Positions 29,333-40,245 of a stretch of 64,000 nt of DNA are shown one piece after another. Source of the stretch: Thermoproteota archaeon (GTDB lineage Archaea > Thermoproteota > Thermoprotei_A > Sulfolobales > Ignisphaeraceae). A model generated the notes under the pieces. It searched no databases, had not been told where the DNA came from, and worked only from the letters and a program-made list of their open reading frames with translations. The position numbers and the translations under genes were made by a program. Every line of letters starts with the position of its first letter. The stretch's first letter is position 1. The stretch is taken from NCBI GenBank assembly GCA_030550585.1, contig JAUQPB010000001.1:288001-352000 (forward strand). The letters run 5' to 3'.

Positions 29333-30169
29333 TTATTGCCTGCACTTCGAGAGTATAATGTTTGTTGAGTTAATTGGAGAATAGCCTGCCTCACCAGATA
29401 AATCAACTAAAACCTTGTAGAGACACCACCCCGCTTTGCTAGCTAGTCTTACTAGCTCGTCAACGCTATAAACATGTAGCTCAAAATGGGAATTCCCTAA
29501 GAATTTGAGGTCACTTCCATTTCTTCTATAGAAATCTTGTTTTATGAGAACATTGCCTGTTGCAGGGTTGTATAAAGTCTTTTCAAGTACCACAATATCA
29601 TCGTATTCCAAAGCTCTTTTCATAATTCCACAGAAATATTGGGATAGAGACAAATACTCCTTGTTTATAGCATCAGCAATTATGAGTACAGCTCTATCTG
29701 ATGACACCTCATATGCCATTGAAAGTATTTTAGCATCTGTTTCCTCGTCATAGTATCCCAATACCGAGGACCACACAAATATTATCGATGTGAACGGTTT
29801 GTATTTCTCCACGCATTTGCTAAGCTCCCTAGCATCGCAAAGCAAGAACGTTGCTTTGTCTCTTAAACCCTTTTCGTCAGCTCTTTTACTAGCTATATCA
29901 ATGTATATAGGCGATATGTCGATACCAACTACATCAAAGCCCATTTCAGCAAGCGGGATGGACACCCTACCTGTTCCGCAGCCCACATCAAGTATCCTAC
30001 CCTTGTCAAATCCAAGCATATACAGCTGTTTGGCTATGCCCTTAGCTATTCTCCTACCCCTTAACATCATCGGTCTCGAATCCATTACAAACCTAAATAG
30101 CTCTCCTTTCTCGATGAAATACTTGTATATCATCTCATCACTATTCAATTTCAATGAACTCTGCCCCAT
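29333..30169 (-). CDS. Class I SAM-dependent methyltransferase
   Basis: [14 protein letters not shown] and CDAR motifs. Confidence 0.9.
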   Translation of the reverse strand: MGQSSLKLNSDEMIYKYFIEKGELFRFVMDSRPMMLRGRRIAKGIAKQLYMLGFDKGRILDVGCGTGRVSIPLAEMGFDVVGIDISPIYIDIASKRADEKGLRDKATFLLCDARELSKCVEKYKPFTSIIFVWSSVLGYYDEETDAKILSMAYEVSSDRAVLIIADAINKEYLSLSQYFCGIMKRALEYDDIVVLEKTLYNPATGNVLIKQDFYRRNGSDLKFLGNSHFELHVYSVDELVRLASKAGWCLYKVLVDLSGEAGYSPINSTNIILSKCRQ

Positions 30170-30281
30170 AGTTAATGCTAGTTTAAAAGCCTAATAAAAA
30201 TATGTATCTCAGCGAGAATTGCAATGAAGCTAAGCTAAATGCCTATTCGCTAGCGCCATAAACTGTTCAAGATGGTGAATC

Positions 30282-32357
30282 ATGGGGAGAAGAATTTTTT
30301 GGCCAAAAACCAAAAAATTTTATTGGTGCCCTAACTGCAACGTACCCCTTCTGGAGCCTGTATGCCCTATATGCAAGTCAAGAACTATAAGGATACCTCT
30401 TTCAGATCCCGGTGATGCGAGACTAGCATTCGACAGAGACTATACACTGCTTCGAAAAGCCTATAGAAATGAGTTCCATACTGAGAAAGGGGTTGACTCT
30501 CTCCTAGGAAACTCTGTTATGCTGTTGAACAAGGCTCCATACTATGATGAGATGAAGGAGGTTTATGTTGATGGTGTTCAAATAGGGCGACTTTATTACG
30601 AGCCTTTTCTCAGAACATGGAGATTCCGACTTTCTAAGGTAGGTGCACTACGGGTTCTAAGCGTAGACCCTGATATAGTTGAGAAAGTTGTTGTGGATAA
30701 GACAAGGTATAGCCCATTAGACGTTATACGTATTGATAAAGATATTGAGAGATACAAACAGGTTTTGTTGATTAGAAGAAACGGCGATGTAGTAGGATTG
30801 GCCTATTCTAAAGGAAAGGGAAAACTAATGGTGCATAGTTGGTGGGGAGAGGGAAAAGTGTTCAACGGCTTTGAAACAAAATCTACTCTAACCGATGTTA
30901 TGAAGGTCAACGAAGAACATCTAAACATAGTTGAAGCCCGATCCCAAAAAGTCATTGCATTAACTGTCGAAAGAATGGGCAAACCTGTTGTGGTTTCTTT
31001 TAGTGGTGGAAAGGATAGTATGGTGGCATTGCATTTAACGGTAAACCTTGGACTTGAACCTGTTGTACTGTTTAACAATACTGGAATCGAACTTCCAGAA
31101 ACATATGAGACCGTGCACAAGGTTGTTGAAGACTTTGGCCTAAAATTAGTTGAGGCATCAGCAGAAAACAGATTTTGGAGTGCTGTGTACAATTTCGGTG
31201 TTCCAGGACGTGACTACAGGTGGTGTTGCAAAATATGTAAGCTTGCACCACTTGCTAGAACAGTCAAAAGCTCTTGGCCTGGTGGAGCCCTAAACATTGT
31301 TGGGCAAAGAGCTTTTGAATCTATTGATAGAGCGAGAAGCCCCATGCTGTGGAGATTGAGATGGGCGCCACAAATGCTCAATCTATCACCTATAAATGAC
31401 TGGTCCCAGTTTGAGGTCTGGCTCTATATCCAAAAACATAAACTCTATGCTAATCCACTCTATTTCATGGGATATGAAAGGATAGGGTGCTTTATGTGTC
31501 CTGCATCAACACTAGCTGAACTAGAGCTTGTTTCTCAAACCCATCCAGATCTCTGGACAAAATGGCTTGAGGTATTAGATTATTGGAGACGGAGACTAGA
31601 TTTGCCAAGAGAGTGGATAGAATATGGGTTATGGAGATGGAATGCACCTGCAAGATACAGAACAATGATGGCTAAGAGACTTGGAATAGAAGACAGAATA
31701 GATAATTGGAAAAAGTCTTTTAATAGCATGACAAATCCAAGGATATCCAACATTAAAAGGGATGGGAACAGAATAGTAATAGACTTTGGCACGCCAATAG
31801 ATAAAAGATTTATTGAATATCAGTACACAGTGATAAATCCAGTAAATGTTTATACCGATAAAGATGGTATAACTATTGAGTGGTTTGATGGAAAGGCCAA
31901 GGTCTATGATAACAAGATTCTATTTGAGTTTAATAATGAGAAAGGTGTAGAAAGACTCGTAGATTTGCTAAAGCTGTTATATAGATGGAACATTTGTGCA
32001 GGGTGCAAATCCTGTGAAGCTAATTGCCCCACCCAAGCAATACAAGTTGTGGAAATGGATGGTAGAACTGTTCCGGTAGTCAAAAACAAGAATAAGTGCA
32101 TAAGATGTAAATTCTGTGTGTATAACTGCCCTGTTGCAGAGGTTTATGTTGAGCACGTTATTACACCTCTAATATTTGATGATGCTGAAGCTTGGAGGAG
32201 GCCGAGCAGAGAACATCACAATGAGGTGCTCAAAAAAATTAAGAGCTTTGTTAAAGCTACTCTCAATATCTCATCAATGTCCATGCCAAGCAGCGCCAAC
32301 AAGAATAGACAGGACTATACCCTGTCAACAACACTAAACGAGTTCTTTTCATATTGA
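30282..32357 (+). CDS. PAPS-reductase-domain protein with N-terminal Zn ribbon and C-terminal 2x[4Fe-4S]
   Basis: CPNC..CPIC, SFSGGKDS, WCCKICK, RIGCFMCP and two CxxCxxCxxxCP motifs. Confidence 0.85.
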   Translation: MGRRIFWPKTKKFYWCPNCNVPLLEPVCPICKSRTIRIPLSDPGDARLAFDRDYTLLRKAYRNEFHTEKGVDSLLGNSVMLLNKAPYYDEMKEVYVDGVQIGRLYYEPFLRTWRFRLSKVGALRVLSVDPDIVEKVVVDKTRYSPLDVIRIDKDIERYKQVLLIRRNGDVVGLAYSKGKGKLMVHSWWGEGKVFNGFETKSTLTDVMKVNEEHLNIVEARSQKVIALTVERMGKPVVVSFSGGKDSMVALHLTVNLGLEPVVLFNNTGIELPETYETVHKVVEDFGLKLVEASAENRFWSAVYNFGVPGRDYRWCCKICKLAPLARTVKSSWPGGALNIVGQRAFESIDRARSPMLWRLRWAPQMLNLSPINDWSQFEVWLYIQKHKLYANPLYFMGYERIGCFMCPASTLAELELVSQTHPDLWTKWLEVLDYWRRRLDLPREWIEYGLWRWNAPARYRTMMAKRLGIEDRIDNWKKSFNSMTNPRISNIKRDGNRIVIDFGTPIDKRFIEYQYTVINPVNVYTDKDGITIEWFDGKAKVYDNKILFEFNNEKGVERLVDLLKLLYRWNICAGCKSCEANCPTQAIQVVEMDGRTVPVVKNKNKCIRCKFCVYNCPVAEVYVEHVITPLIFDDAEAWRRPSREHHNEVLKKIKSFVKATLNISSMSMPSSANKNRQDYTLSTTLNEFFSY

Positions 32358-32372
32358 CAAAGGTAAGATCCT

Positions 32373-32936
32373 ATGAAACCTTCCCAAAAATTTTTGGAGG
32401 AGGCAAGTAAAAGGGTAGAGCCTTTATATGCTCAAGGATTTTTCTATGTATCTCTAAACTACATATCATACTACATTGTATTTGACTATGATGATCCCCT
32501 CGGATACTATGATACCATAGTTAGAAATCCAGAACTTTTTGACGAGGAGGTTGCAAAACTTTCAGCAAATATGCAACAGTTCCTAGATGCTGAAATTGTT
32601 AAGGTAAATAATGTGAGGGTTTCTCCAAGGGTTGTCATGCTAGATATTGGGTTTAGAAAAAGTAGGAAAAACCCATATATAGTTTTCTTGATAAGGTTTC
32701 GAGCTCCTATAAGAAAAGGGTTGAACACATATGAGAATGTGTATGAGAGTGAAACAGCAGAATATGACTATGTGGCTTACTGGGTTTTTCCACCAGGTTC
32801 GAAGATTTTGAATGTAAGATTTGGCGAAGGGGGAGAGAAGTGGGACGTTGTAGGAGACAACGTCTTGGCTATATATGGTTGGAAAGGAATGAAAACTAGT
32901 GGCTATGAGTACATAGAGTTCGAGATTACGGATTAG
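32373..32936 (+). CDS. Hypothetical protein (187 aa)
   Basis: ATG ORF in a co-directional gene run. Confidence 0.7.
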   Translation: MKPSQKFLEEASKRVEPLYAQGFFYVSLNYISYYIVFDYDDPLGYYDTIVRNPELFDEEVAKLSANMQQFLDAEIVKVNNVRVSPRVVMLDIGFRKSRKNPYIVFLIRFRAPIRKGLNTYENVYESETAEYDYVAYWVFPPGSKILNVRFGEGGEKWDVVGDNVLAIYGWKGMKTSGYEYIEFEITD

Positions 32937-32940
32937 CAAG

Positions 32941-33690
32941 ATGATGACAATGAATTCAACACAATCAGAGATTATAAGGAAGATTATACATACAATATTC
33001 ACACTTTTGTTGTTAATACCTCTTTCTACCCCTTATAAGAGTTTGTTTGGCAATATGCTTAGCGTATTCCGAAATATAGACCCAACACTACTAACATACT
33101 CTATACTCCTTTTTGTGTCGGCATTCATCAATACCATTCAAATAAAAATGCCTTATATGCGCATGCCTATACTTAGTATATTTAGAGAATACAGAAAAAA
33201 GATATTGGAATACATATCATCATCGCAGCTTAACATCCCATTAGGTGAAATTGTCAAAGAGTTAGATAGGATTTTTAGTAGATATGAGGATCATTTAACC
33301 AGTTTTATTGATAGAATTGAGAGGGATTATGAAAAAAGATATGGATATGTTAGCGTAACATTTGCTTTAATATCAATATTTCTAAGCTATGCTCTATTTG
33401 GAGATGATGCCTATGTGGGGATACTGGCACTAGCAATAACAGATAGTGTTACCTCTATTGTGACAATACTCGACAGAAGAGGCAGAAAAGTTTTTAAGCA
33501 TACAGTAAAATCTTATGCAATTGCGTTTCTCGTATTTGCCTTCTTCTTGGTTCTTGCAACAAAAAATGTTCTCGTGTCAATGCTGATTTCTATGATAGCT
33601 GTAGTTACAGAGATGTTTAGCCCTGAAGATAATTTGACTATCCCATTGATAACAACACTTGCATTCTCTGCTCTAAGAGGGTTTTCTTGA
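32941..33690 (+). CDS. Dolichol kinase / CTP-transferase-like membrane protein
   Basis: EIIRKIIH, D..TSIV and EDNLTIPL motifs. Confidence 0.7.
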   Translation: MMTMNSTQSEIIRKIIHTIFTLLLLIPLSTPYKSLFGNMLSVFRNIDPTLLTYSILLFVSAFINTIQIKMPYMRMPILSIFREYRKKILEYISSSQLNIPLGEIVKELDRIFSRYEDHLTSFIDRIERDYEKRYGYVSVTFALISIFLSYALFGDDAYVGILALAITDSVTSIVTILDRRGRKVFKHTVKSYAIAFLVFAFFLVLATKNVLVSMLISMIAVVTEMFSPEDNLTIPLITTLAFSALRGFS

Positions 33691-33739
33691 CCTAAGTTTT
33701 TAAATCTCCCTCAGCTAATATCAGAGCGTGTGAAGATCT

Positions 33740-34090
33740 ATGAGCGACAAGCAGTCTTCGCAACAAGAGGTAATTGATATAGAGTACTTCAAGAAAATTG
33801 ATCTTAGAGTAGGTGTTGTAAAGCATGCAGAGAAGGTGCCTGGAGCTAAAAAGCTACTAAGATTGTTAGTTGACATAGGCTCGGAAACCCGACAGATAAT
33901 TGCTGGCTTAGCTGAGTGGTATAAACCAGAGGATCTCATAGGAAAGCAGGTAATTATTGTAGCTAATCTAAAGCCTAAGAAAATCATGAATTATGAGAGC
34001 CAAGGAATGTTGCTAGCTACATGCGATGGAGATAAACCATTGCTAGCTACTGTAGATGGTACAGCAAAACCCGGTTCAAAGCTCTGTTAA
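33740..34090 (+). CDS. tRNA-binding domain protein (MetRS C-terminal/Trbp111/CsaA-like)
   Basis: F.KIDLRVG, RQIIAG, NLKP and SQGMLLA motifs. Confidence 0.9.
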   Translation: MSDKQSSQQEVIDIEYFKKIDLRVGVVKHAEKVPGAKKLLRLLVDIGSETRQIIAGLAEWYKPEDLIGKQVIIVANLKPKKIMNYESQGMLLATCDGDKPLLATVDGTAKPGSKLC

Positions 34091-34162
34091 CATTCAATGC
34101 AATGCTTAAAATCTATATTAATTATTTAACCCATTTTTAAGAGTTTATCTCCTAACTCTGCG

Positions 34163-37138
34163 TTGGGGGTGGTAACATTATCTAGTACACCAAATCTCAA
34201 GGGCAGGTATGAACCTACAAAAGTTGAGCAGTGGGTTTTAGATTTTTGGAGGCTAAACAGTATTTATGATAAGGTTAAGAATGAAAGTTGCTCCCAGAAT
34301 GCACCACTGTTCAGATTCTTAGAGGGACCACCAACAGCTAATGGCTTTATGCATGTCGGTCATGCAAGAGGGAGGACATTCAAAGATATTGTTTTGAGAT
34401 ACAGTAGAATGCATGGTTATTGTGTATGGGATCAGGCTGGCTGGGATACACAGGGATTGCCTGTAGAACTCGAGGTTGAGAAAAACCTCAAGTTCAAGTC
34501 AAAAAAAGACATAGAGATGTATGGTATAGACAAGTTTATCCAAGAATGCCAGAAACTTGTTGATTACTATATTAGCCACTGGCGCAAAGCCAGCGAGCGC
34601 TTAGGGCTATGGCTAGACTACGATAATGCCTATGAGACTAGACATCCAAGGTATGTAGAAACTGTGTGGAGGTTTCTTAAACACAGTTGGGAAAGGGGGC
34701 TTCTCTACGAGGACTATAGAGTAATACCCGTATGCCCAAGATGTGAAACGGCTTTGAGCTCACATGAAGTTGCATTGGGTTATAAGCTCGTCAAAGACCC
34801 CAGTCTCTATTTTAAGATTAAGCTAGTTGATGATAATGTATACCTCGTTGCATGGACAACCACACCATGGACTATAATAGCCAACGAGGCCTTGGCAGTC
34901 CATCCAAACGAAAAGTACGTTAAAATAAGGGTTGGAAACGAGTACTGGATAGTCGCAGAAAAAAGACTAAAACCATTTGTAGACGAGGTTAAGATAAGCG
35001 ATTTTGAAGTTATTGAAACATTTCCTGGATCAATGCTATTCAATAAGAAGTATGTTCATCCATTGTTAGAGGAGGTGCCTGCACATAAACTCCATGAGCC
35101 ATCAAACCACAAGGTCTTGATAGCTGAATGGGTTAGTATGGAAGATGGTACAGGAATAGTACACATAGCACCTGCTCACGGTCCAGAAGATTATGAGCTT
35201 GGTAAAAAATATGGTCTTATTGTTTTCAAACCAATTCAAAAGAATGGTTTGTTCACTGAGGAGGCTGGGAAGTATAGTGGGAAGTGGTTCAAGGATGTAA
35301 ATAAGGATGTTATAGAGGATCTACGAAGAAAAGGTCTTCTTGTCTATGCTGGTGAGATAGAACATGAATATCCGCATTGCTGGCGATGTGAAACACCATT
35401 AATGTACTATGCTGATAGACAATGGTTCTTAAGAATAGACCCTATAAAGAATGCAATGATGGATGAAAACAGAAAGGTTGTGTGGCATCCAGACTGGGCT
35501 GGAAAGAGGTTTGAGGATTGGATAGCCAATGCTAGAGATTGGTGCATATCGAGAGAGAGGTATTGGGGAACCCCCCTACCCGTGTGGACATGCTCAAAAT
35601 GCGGTTATAGAATAGCCGTGGGAAGCATTGAAGAGTTAGAGAAGCTTAGTGGAACTAAGGTCATAGATGTTCACAGGCCTTGGATAGACAAAATCGTTTT
35701 GAAATGTCCAAAATGCGGAGCAGAGATGTATAGAGAGCCTTTTGTTGTTGATGTCTGGATGGACAGCGGAATGGCCCATACAGCAGCACTTAATCAAATA
35801 GGTAAGTATGACATGTTTAAAAAACTGTTCCCCTACGACTGGATCACGGAGGCGATAGACCAGACAAGAGGATGGTTCTACACACTCTTATTTACATCTG
35901 TTTCGCTATATGGTGCAACACCCTATAAAAAGGTTCTATGCCAAGGTCATGTCCTAGACAAATATGGGAAGAAGATGAGTAAGAGTAGAGGAAATGTGAT
36001 TTGGGCTCTAGATTTTATGGAAAAGAAGGGGGCAGATATATTAAGGCTTTATCTAACATCGAAAGCTGCTCCATGGGATAACATTAATTTTGATCCTGAT
36101 GAAACTGAAGATATAAGGTCGGTTCTGAATATACTATGGAATGCAACCAACTTTGCTGATACGTATATGTCGCTAGATAAATGGAATGCTGACAGCCTCT
36201 ACGAAGATATCAAATATCTGATGCCTGAAGACCATTGGATACTGTACGAGGTTAGCAATCTAATAAATGTTGTGGAGAAAGCTGTTGAAGAAAATGATTT
36301 GCATATAGCTTCAAGAGCTATTCTAAACTTCATCACAGAAACCCTTAGTCATCGCTATATAACTATTATAAGGCCTAGGGTATGGATTGAGGGAGAGGCA
36401 AAGGAGAAGAAGGCAGCATATGCAACACTGTTTTTAGCTCTTTCAACTCTATACAAAATCCTAGCACCTTTTGCGCCATTCATTTCAGAATACCTATATC
36501 AAGCATTTACAAGAAAATATGGCAGTAGGATTTCTAAGGAAAGTGTTCACTTAGAAAAATGGCCTAAACTGGACATCGAAATAGATAAAAACCTGTGGAA
36601 TGCTGTCAACAACATGTTTACAATAGCTGATGAAATTCTTGCATTACGTGCCAAACATAATGTAAAGAGAAGATGGCCTCTGAGGAAGGTTTGGATAAGG
36701 GTTAGCAACAATGAAGAATATGCTTTAGTGAATAAAGTGAAGCATATAATTCAAATATATGCGAATATAAAGGAGCTTGAAGTTGGAGACAACACACTTC
36801 GCATTGATCCAAAAGCTGTTAAGGTGTGTGAAAAGCCATATGAAACATTCATGGATATCACATTAGATGAAGATACTATTCTCGAAGGCTTGGCAAGAGA
36901 CTTCATTAGAAGAGTGCAGATGTATAGAAAAGAGCTTAATCTACCTGTAGACCATGTAATACAAGAAATTGTTGTCTACTCTCCATCAGAGATGATTGTC
37001 AAGGCCATAGAAAAACATAGCAAATATATCGCAAATGAGGTAAGAGCGGCCACGCTAACAATATCGTCTACAAAACCTGAGGGTGCAATCCATTGGAGTA
37101 TAGAAGAAAATGATATATATGTTGTTGTAAAGACATAG
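34163..37138 (+). CDS. ileS: Isoleucine--tRNA ligase
   Basis: EGPPTANG.MHVGH, WTTTPWT, GTGIVH, DQTRGWF and KMSKS motifs. Confidence 0.97.
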   Translation: MGVVTLSSTPNLKGRYEPTKVEQWVLDFWRLNSIYDKVKNESCSQNAPLFRFLEGPPTANGFMHVGHARGRTFKDIVLRYSRMHGYCVWDQAGWDTQGLPVELEVEKNLKFKSKKDIEMYGIDKFIQECQKLVDYYISHWRKASERLGLWLDYDNAYETRHPRYVETVWRFLKHSWERGLLYEDYRVIPVCPRCETALSSHEVALGYKLVKDPSLYFKIKLVDDNVYLVAWTTTPWTIIANEALAVHPNEKYVKIRVGNEYWIVAEKRLKPFVDEVKISDFEVIETFPGSMLFNKKYVHPLLEEVPAHKLHEPSNHKVLIAEWVSMEDGTGIVHIAPAHGPEDYELGKKYGLIVFKPIQKNGLFTEEAGKYSGKWFKDVNKDVIEDLRRKGLLVYAGEIEHEYPHCWRCETPLMYYADRQWFLRIDPIKNAMMDENRKVVWHPDWAGKRFEDWIANARDWCISRERYWGTPLPVWTCSKCGYRIAVGSIEELEKLSGTKVIDVHRPWIDKIVLKCPKCGAEMYREPFVVDVWMDSGMAHTAALNQIGKYDMFKKLFPYDWITEAIDQTRGWFYTLLFTSVSLYGATPYKKVLCQGHVLDKYGKKMSKSRGNVIWALDFMEKKGADILRLYLTSKAAPWDNINFDPDETEDIRSVLNILWNATNFADTYMSLDKWNADSLYEDIKYLMPEDHWILYEVSNLINVVEKAVEENDLHIASRAILNFITETLSHRYITIIRPRVWIEGEAKEKKAAYATLFLALSTLYKILAPFAPFISEYLYQAFTRKYGSRISKESVHLEKWPKLDIEIDKNLWNAVNNMFTIADEILALRAKHNVKRRWPLRKVWIRVSNNEEYALVNKVKHIIQIYANIKELEVGDNTLRIDPKAVKVCEKPYETFMDITLDEDTILEGLARDFIRRVQMYRKELNLPVDHVIQEIVVYSPSEMIVKAIEKHSKYIANEVRAATLTISSTKPEGAIHWSIEENDIYVVVKT

Positions 37139-37158
37139 ATTCGGTGGCACACTAGACA

Positions 37159-37692
37159 ATGAAGATCTATAAAATGCCTGATGAACTGAGAAAAAGACTT
37201 TCATCTCCTCAATTATTTAATAAAAATCTCATTGTTTTGAAGGGGCCTAGAGAATATGTTGCTACTATACTCAAATCCATTTTTTATGACAAATTACAAG
37301 ATGTTTATGTGGTAGGAGACTACACTTGTGAAACATTTCTACTCTATGTAGGCATACCAAGAATGTGTATAATAGATGGAAATATCATGAGAAAACCGCA
37401 TAAGCCAGAACACATGCTAAATTATTTTGAACATATTACTAGATGCTATAATCCAAGAGGTTCAATATCCATTGATTGTATAAATGCTATCAAAGGCTCC
37501 ATGGAAAAGCCAAGAAGCCTTATAATAGTAGATGGTGAAGAGGATCTACTTGCCTTGTTTTTACAAACAAACCTTCTAAAAGGCTATGTAGCCTATGGCT
37601 TACCCAACGAAGGTGTTGCTATAGCTGATGTTACATACTCAAACGTAGGAGCGATAAACATATTCTCCGAATTTCAACTTTATGAAACATAG
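37159..37692 (+). CDS. GTP-dependent dephospho-CoA kinase (DUF359)
   Basis: VGD, IIDG, NPRG.I, DGEEDLL and YG.P.EG motifs. Confidence 0.85.
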   Translation: MKIYKMPDELRKRLSSPQLFNKNLIVLKGPREYVATILKSIFYDKLQDVYVVGDYTCETFLLYVGIPRMCIIDGNIMRKPHKPEHMLNYFEHITRCYNPRGSISIDCINAIKGSMEKPRSLIIVDGEEDLLALFLQTNLLKGYVAYGLPNEGVAIADVTYSNVGAINIFSEFQLYET

Positions 37693-37717
37693 TTTTGCGT
37701 AGAGAGGACAAAAATTT

Positions 37718-38383
37718 ATGGCAAATTATAGTGATGTTTTAATAGGTTTTATAGAGAGATTTAAGATAAGTGTAAGCCACATTGACGAACTTTGCTATGA
37801 ATTTTATGCACTATTCAAAGACGACGCCATTTCAATTGCAATAGAGAGACCTAGCTGCTCAAGAATTGTCATAGTAGGGAAGGATTTTGAGGTGAGGGTG
37901 TATATGTCGCCAAGTGGTGAAGGAACCTTGGCAACATTTGTCAACGCCAAAAACGATATTCAAATTGTTGTAGGTAATTTAAAAAAGTTCTTGACATCCC
38001 TCAACAAAATCCTGCTATCTCTATCAAACATTGTAGAAGAGCCTACAATTATACTTCGAATGATTATAACACTAAAGTCCGAGACTGTAGCTCATATACT
38101 ACAGATTTTTAAGGATTTGGGAATGGTTGTAGAAGCCATTGATAAAAAACTCATAAACGATTTTAATGTGACAATTATTAAAGGTTTCTATATAGGGAAG
38201 AATCTAAGAAGGCATCAAGCAACAGTATCTATGATAACAAATGAGAGAACTGAAATTGGTATAACCATAGAATCAAAAGTACAGCCAGAGATTTTATACA
38301 GAGATAATGTGTTTCGTGAATTAATTGTAGAACTGTACAACGCGTTGACACATTTTGGAGAATTGCTATCAAACAAAGGTTAG
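37718..38383 (+). CDS. Hypothetical protein (221 aa)
   Basis: Long ATG ORF; no motif recognised. Confidence 0.65.
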   Translation: MANYSDVLIGFIERFKISVSHIDELCYEFYALFKDDAISIAIERPSCSRIVIVGKDFEVRVYMSPSGEGTLATFVNAKNDIQIVVGNLKKFLTSLNKILLSLSNIVEEPTIILRMIITLKSETVAHILQIFKDLGMVVEAIDKKLINDFNVTIIKGFYIGKNLRRHQATVSMITNERTEIGITIESKVQPEILYRDNVFRELIVELYNALTHFGELLSNKG

Positions 38384-38561
38384 TTTCTCAACAATTTCTA
38401 GACACCTTCACAACGAGAATTGTGCCCAAAGGCTTCACACCAACAAATTTGATTTAACATAGTTGTTTTGCTAAACATCGTTTTAAATTCATCGTGAAAA
38501 TGCTTATATATCCCTAGTCACCATAGAGACGATGCTCACAATATTTTATGTGTGAAATGGA

Positions 38562-38960
38562 ATGCATGAATGGGCTTTGGCAGAATCCATTATTTTGACG
38601 CTTGTGGAGAAGGCTAAAAGCGAGAACAAAAACGTTATTGAAAGTGTGGAAATAGTTGTTGGGGAACTGCAGGGAATAGATATTGAGGTTTTTGAGTTTG
38701 CTCTTAATGAATTGAGGAATCTTGCAAAAGAGGAGAACAACATTATTATAAAGAATTTTAGAATTGTTGAGGAGAAGGCAAGTTTTAGATGCAATAGATG
38801 TGGTTATGTCTGGAAGCTAGACGACACAAGCCTAAGTGCTGAGGCTAGAGAATCCATACATTTTATACCTGAGGCTGCACATGGGTTTATACAATGTCCT
38901 AAATGCGGTTCTCATGATTTTGAAATAGTTAGTGGGAGAGGGGTTTATATAAGGTTATGA
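38562..38960 (+). CDS. hypA: Hydrogenase nickel insertion protein HypA
   Basis: MHE N-terminus, CNRC/CPKC, SGRG; HFIPE insertion as in Thermococcales-type HypA. Confidence 0.95.
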   Translation: MHEWALAESIILTLVEKAKSENKNVIESVEIVVGELQGIDIEVFEFALNELRNLAKEENNIIIKNFRIVEEKASFRCNRCGYVWKLDDTSLSAEARESIHFIPEAAHGFIQCPKCGSHDFEIVSGRGVYIRL

Positions 38961-39737
38961 GTGGTGGTTGATATGGCAATAGATCCTAGGGCAGCTGCTA
39001 TAAAGAAGAATTTAGAGAAATTTGATGCTTTTGTTGCTGTAATGAGTTCTAAGGGTGGAGTTGGAAAAACATTTTCAGTAGCTATACTAGCCTACATACT
39101 AGCAAATAATTATGATGTTTCTGTCTCTCTGCTGGACATGGATTTAACAAACCCAACTCTTCACATGGTTCTAGGTCTAGATATGAAAAGTGTTAAAATA
39201 GAGGAAGAGAAGGGTATAAGACCATTCAAAGTTTCCGCAAAGATGGAGTTAATGACCATGGCGTACTTTGTACAGGAATCTTCTATACCTCTTAGAGGAA
39301 AAGAGATTGAGAATGCTGTTAGAGAGATCCTCTCAATAACTAAATGGAATGGCAATATACTTCTCGTTGACATGCCACCAGGGTTCTCAGATTCTCATCT
39401 CGAATTCCTCAGATTATTTACATTATCTAAGACACTGATAATCCTAGTTACAACACCACAGCTGTTAGCACTCAAATCTGTAGAAAAACTTGCAATCAGT
39501 TTACTACAAGAGAGAGCTCCTGTTGCCGGCATCATGGGTAATATGTGCATGGATGTGTCCGAGGACGAGAAAATACGCAAAACGGCGACACAACTCAACT
39601 TAGATTATCTTGGCTGCATACCATATATAGCTGGTATTGAGAACTACTATGGATCTAGGCTGGCCGAAATAATACATCGTATTGAACCATCAATTAAAAA
39701 AGCTGTAGAGGTTATTGTCAAGCGTGGTAAAAGATGA
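38961..39737 (+). CDS. Mrp/NBP35-family ATPase (likely ATP-type HypB)
   Basis: SKGGVGKT, DMPPG and VTTP motifs; lies between hypA and the maturation protease. Confidence 0.85.
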   Translation: MVVDMAIDPRAAAIKKNLEKFDAFVAVMSSKGGVGKTFSVAILAYILANNYDVSVSLLDMDLTNPTLHMVLGLDMKSVKIEEEKGIRPFKVSAKMELMTMAYFVQESSIPLRGKEIENAVREILSITKWNGNILLVDMPPGFSDSHLEFLRLFTLSKTLIILVTTPQLLALKSVEKLAISLLQERAPVAGIMGNMCMDVSEDEKIRKTATQLNLDYLGCIPYIAGIENYYGSRLAEIIHRIEPSIKKAVEVIVKRGKR

Positions 39738-40228
39738 TAAAAAAGCTTAGTATTGGAGATGCTTGTGAGTTTCTACGCAATATAATGTCATCTAAGTATT
39801 TGTTGGTGTGCATAGGAACATTTCTAAGGGGGGACGACAGGGCTTGTTTAGAGTTTTGCAACCTTCTTAAAAAATACGGCATCTATGATAGCATTGTTGA
39901 ATGTGAATTTGGCTTAGAGAATTGTGTGTATGAAATTAAGGAGAGGAATTCTAATAATATTGCTATTTGCGATGCTGCAATCTCAGATTCTATTGAACCT
40001 GGGTATATTGTTTCACTAGATTTGGAGGATGTTAATGAGGATGTTGTTTTTGTGTCAACACATTCAATCCCATTATCACTCTCAATAGAATTGCTTAGAG
40101 AGAACATTTCTAGGGGTGACATTAAGCTCTTTGGTATTGTTGTAGAGAACCTCGATTTTGGAACAGAGCTAAGTCCTGTGGTTTCAAAAACTATCAATGA
40201 AATTATAGAATGTTTAGCAAAATCCTAG
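39734..40228 (+). CDS. hycI: Hydrogenase maturation protease (HycI-like)
   Basis: IG..LRGDD, DAA, STH.IPL and LS..V motifs. Confidence 0.82.
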   Translation: MIKKLSIGDACEFLRNIMSSKYLLVCIGTFLRGDDRACLEFCNLLKKYGIYDSIVECEFGLENCVYEIKERNSNNIAICDAAISDSIEPGYIVSLDLEDVNEDVVFVSTHSIPLSLSIELLRENISRGDIKLFGIVVENLDFGTELSPVVSKTINEIIECLAKS

Positions 40229-40245
40229 GTAATTTTACACCAATC

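Noticed and set aside
38385-38460. Repeated TGTGAAG and a 20-codon ORF on the minus strand
   Set aside because: Boxes too degenerate for a C/D call and the ORF too short to support
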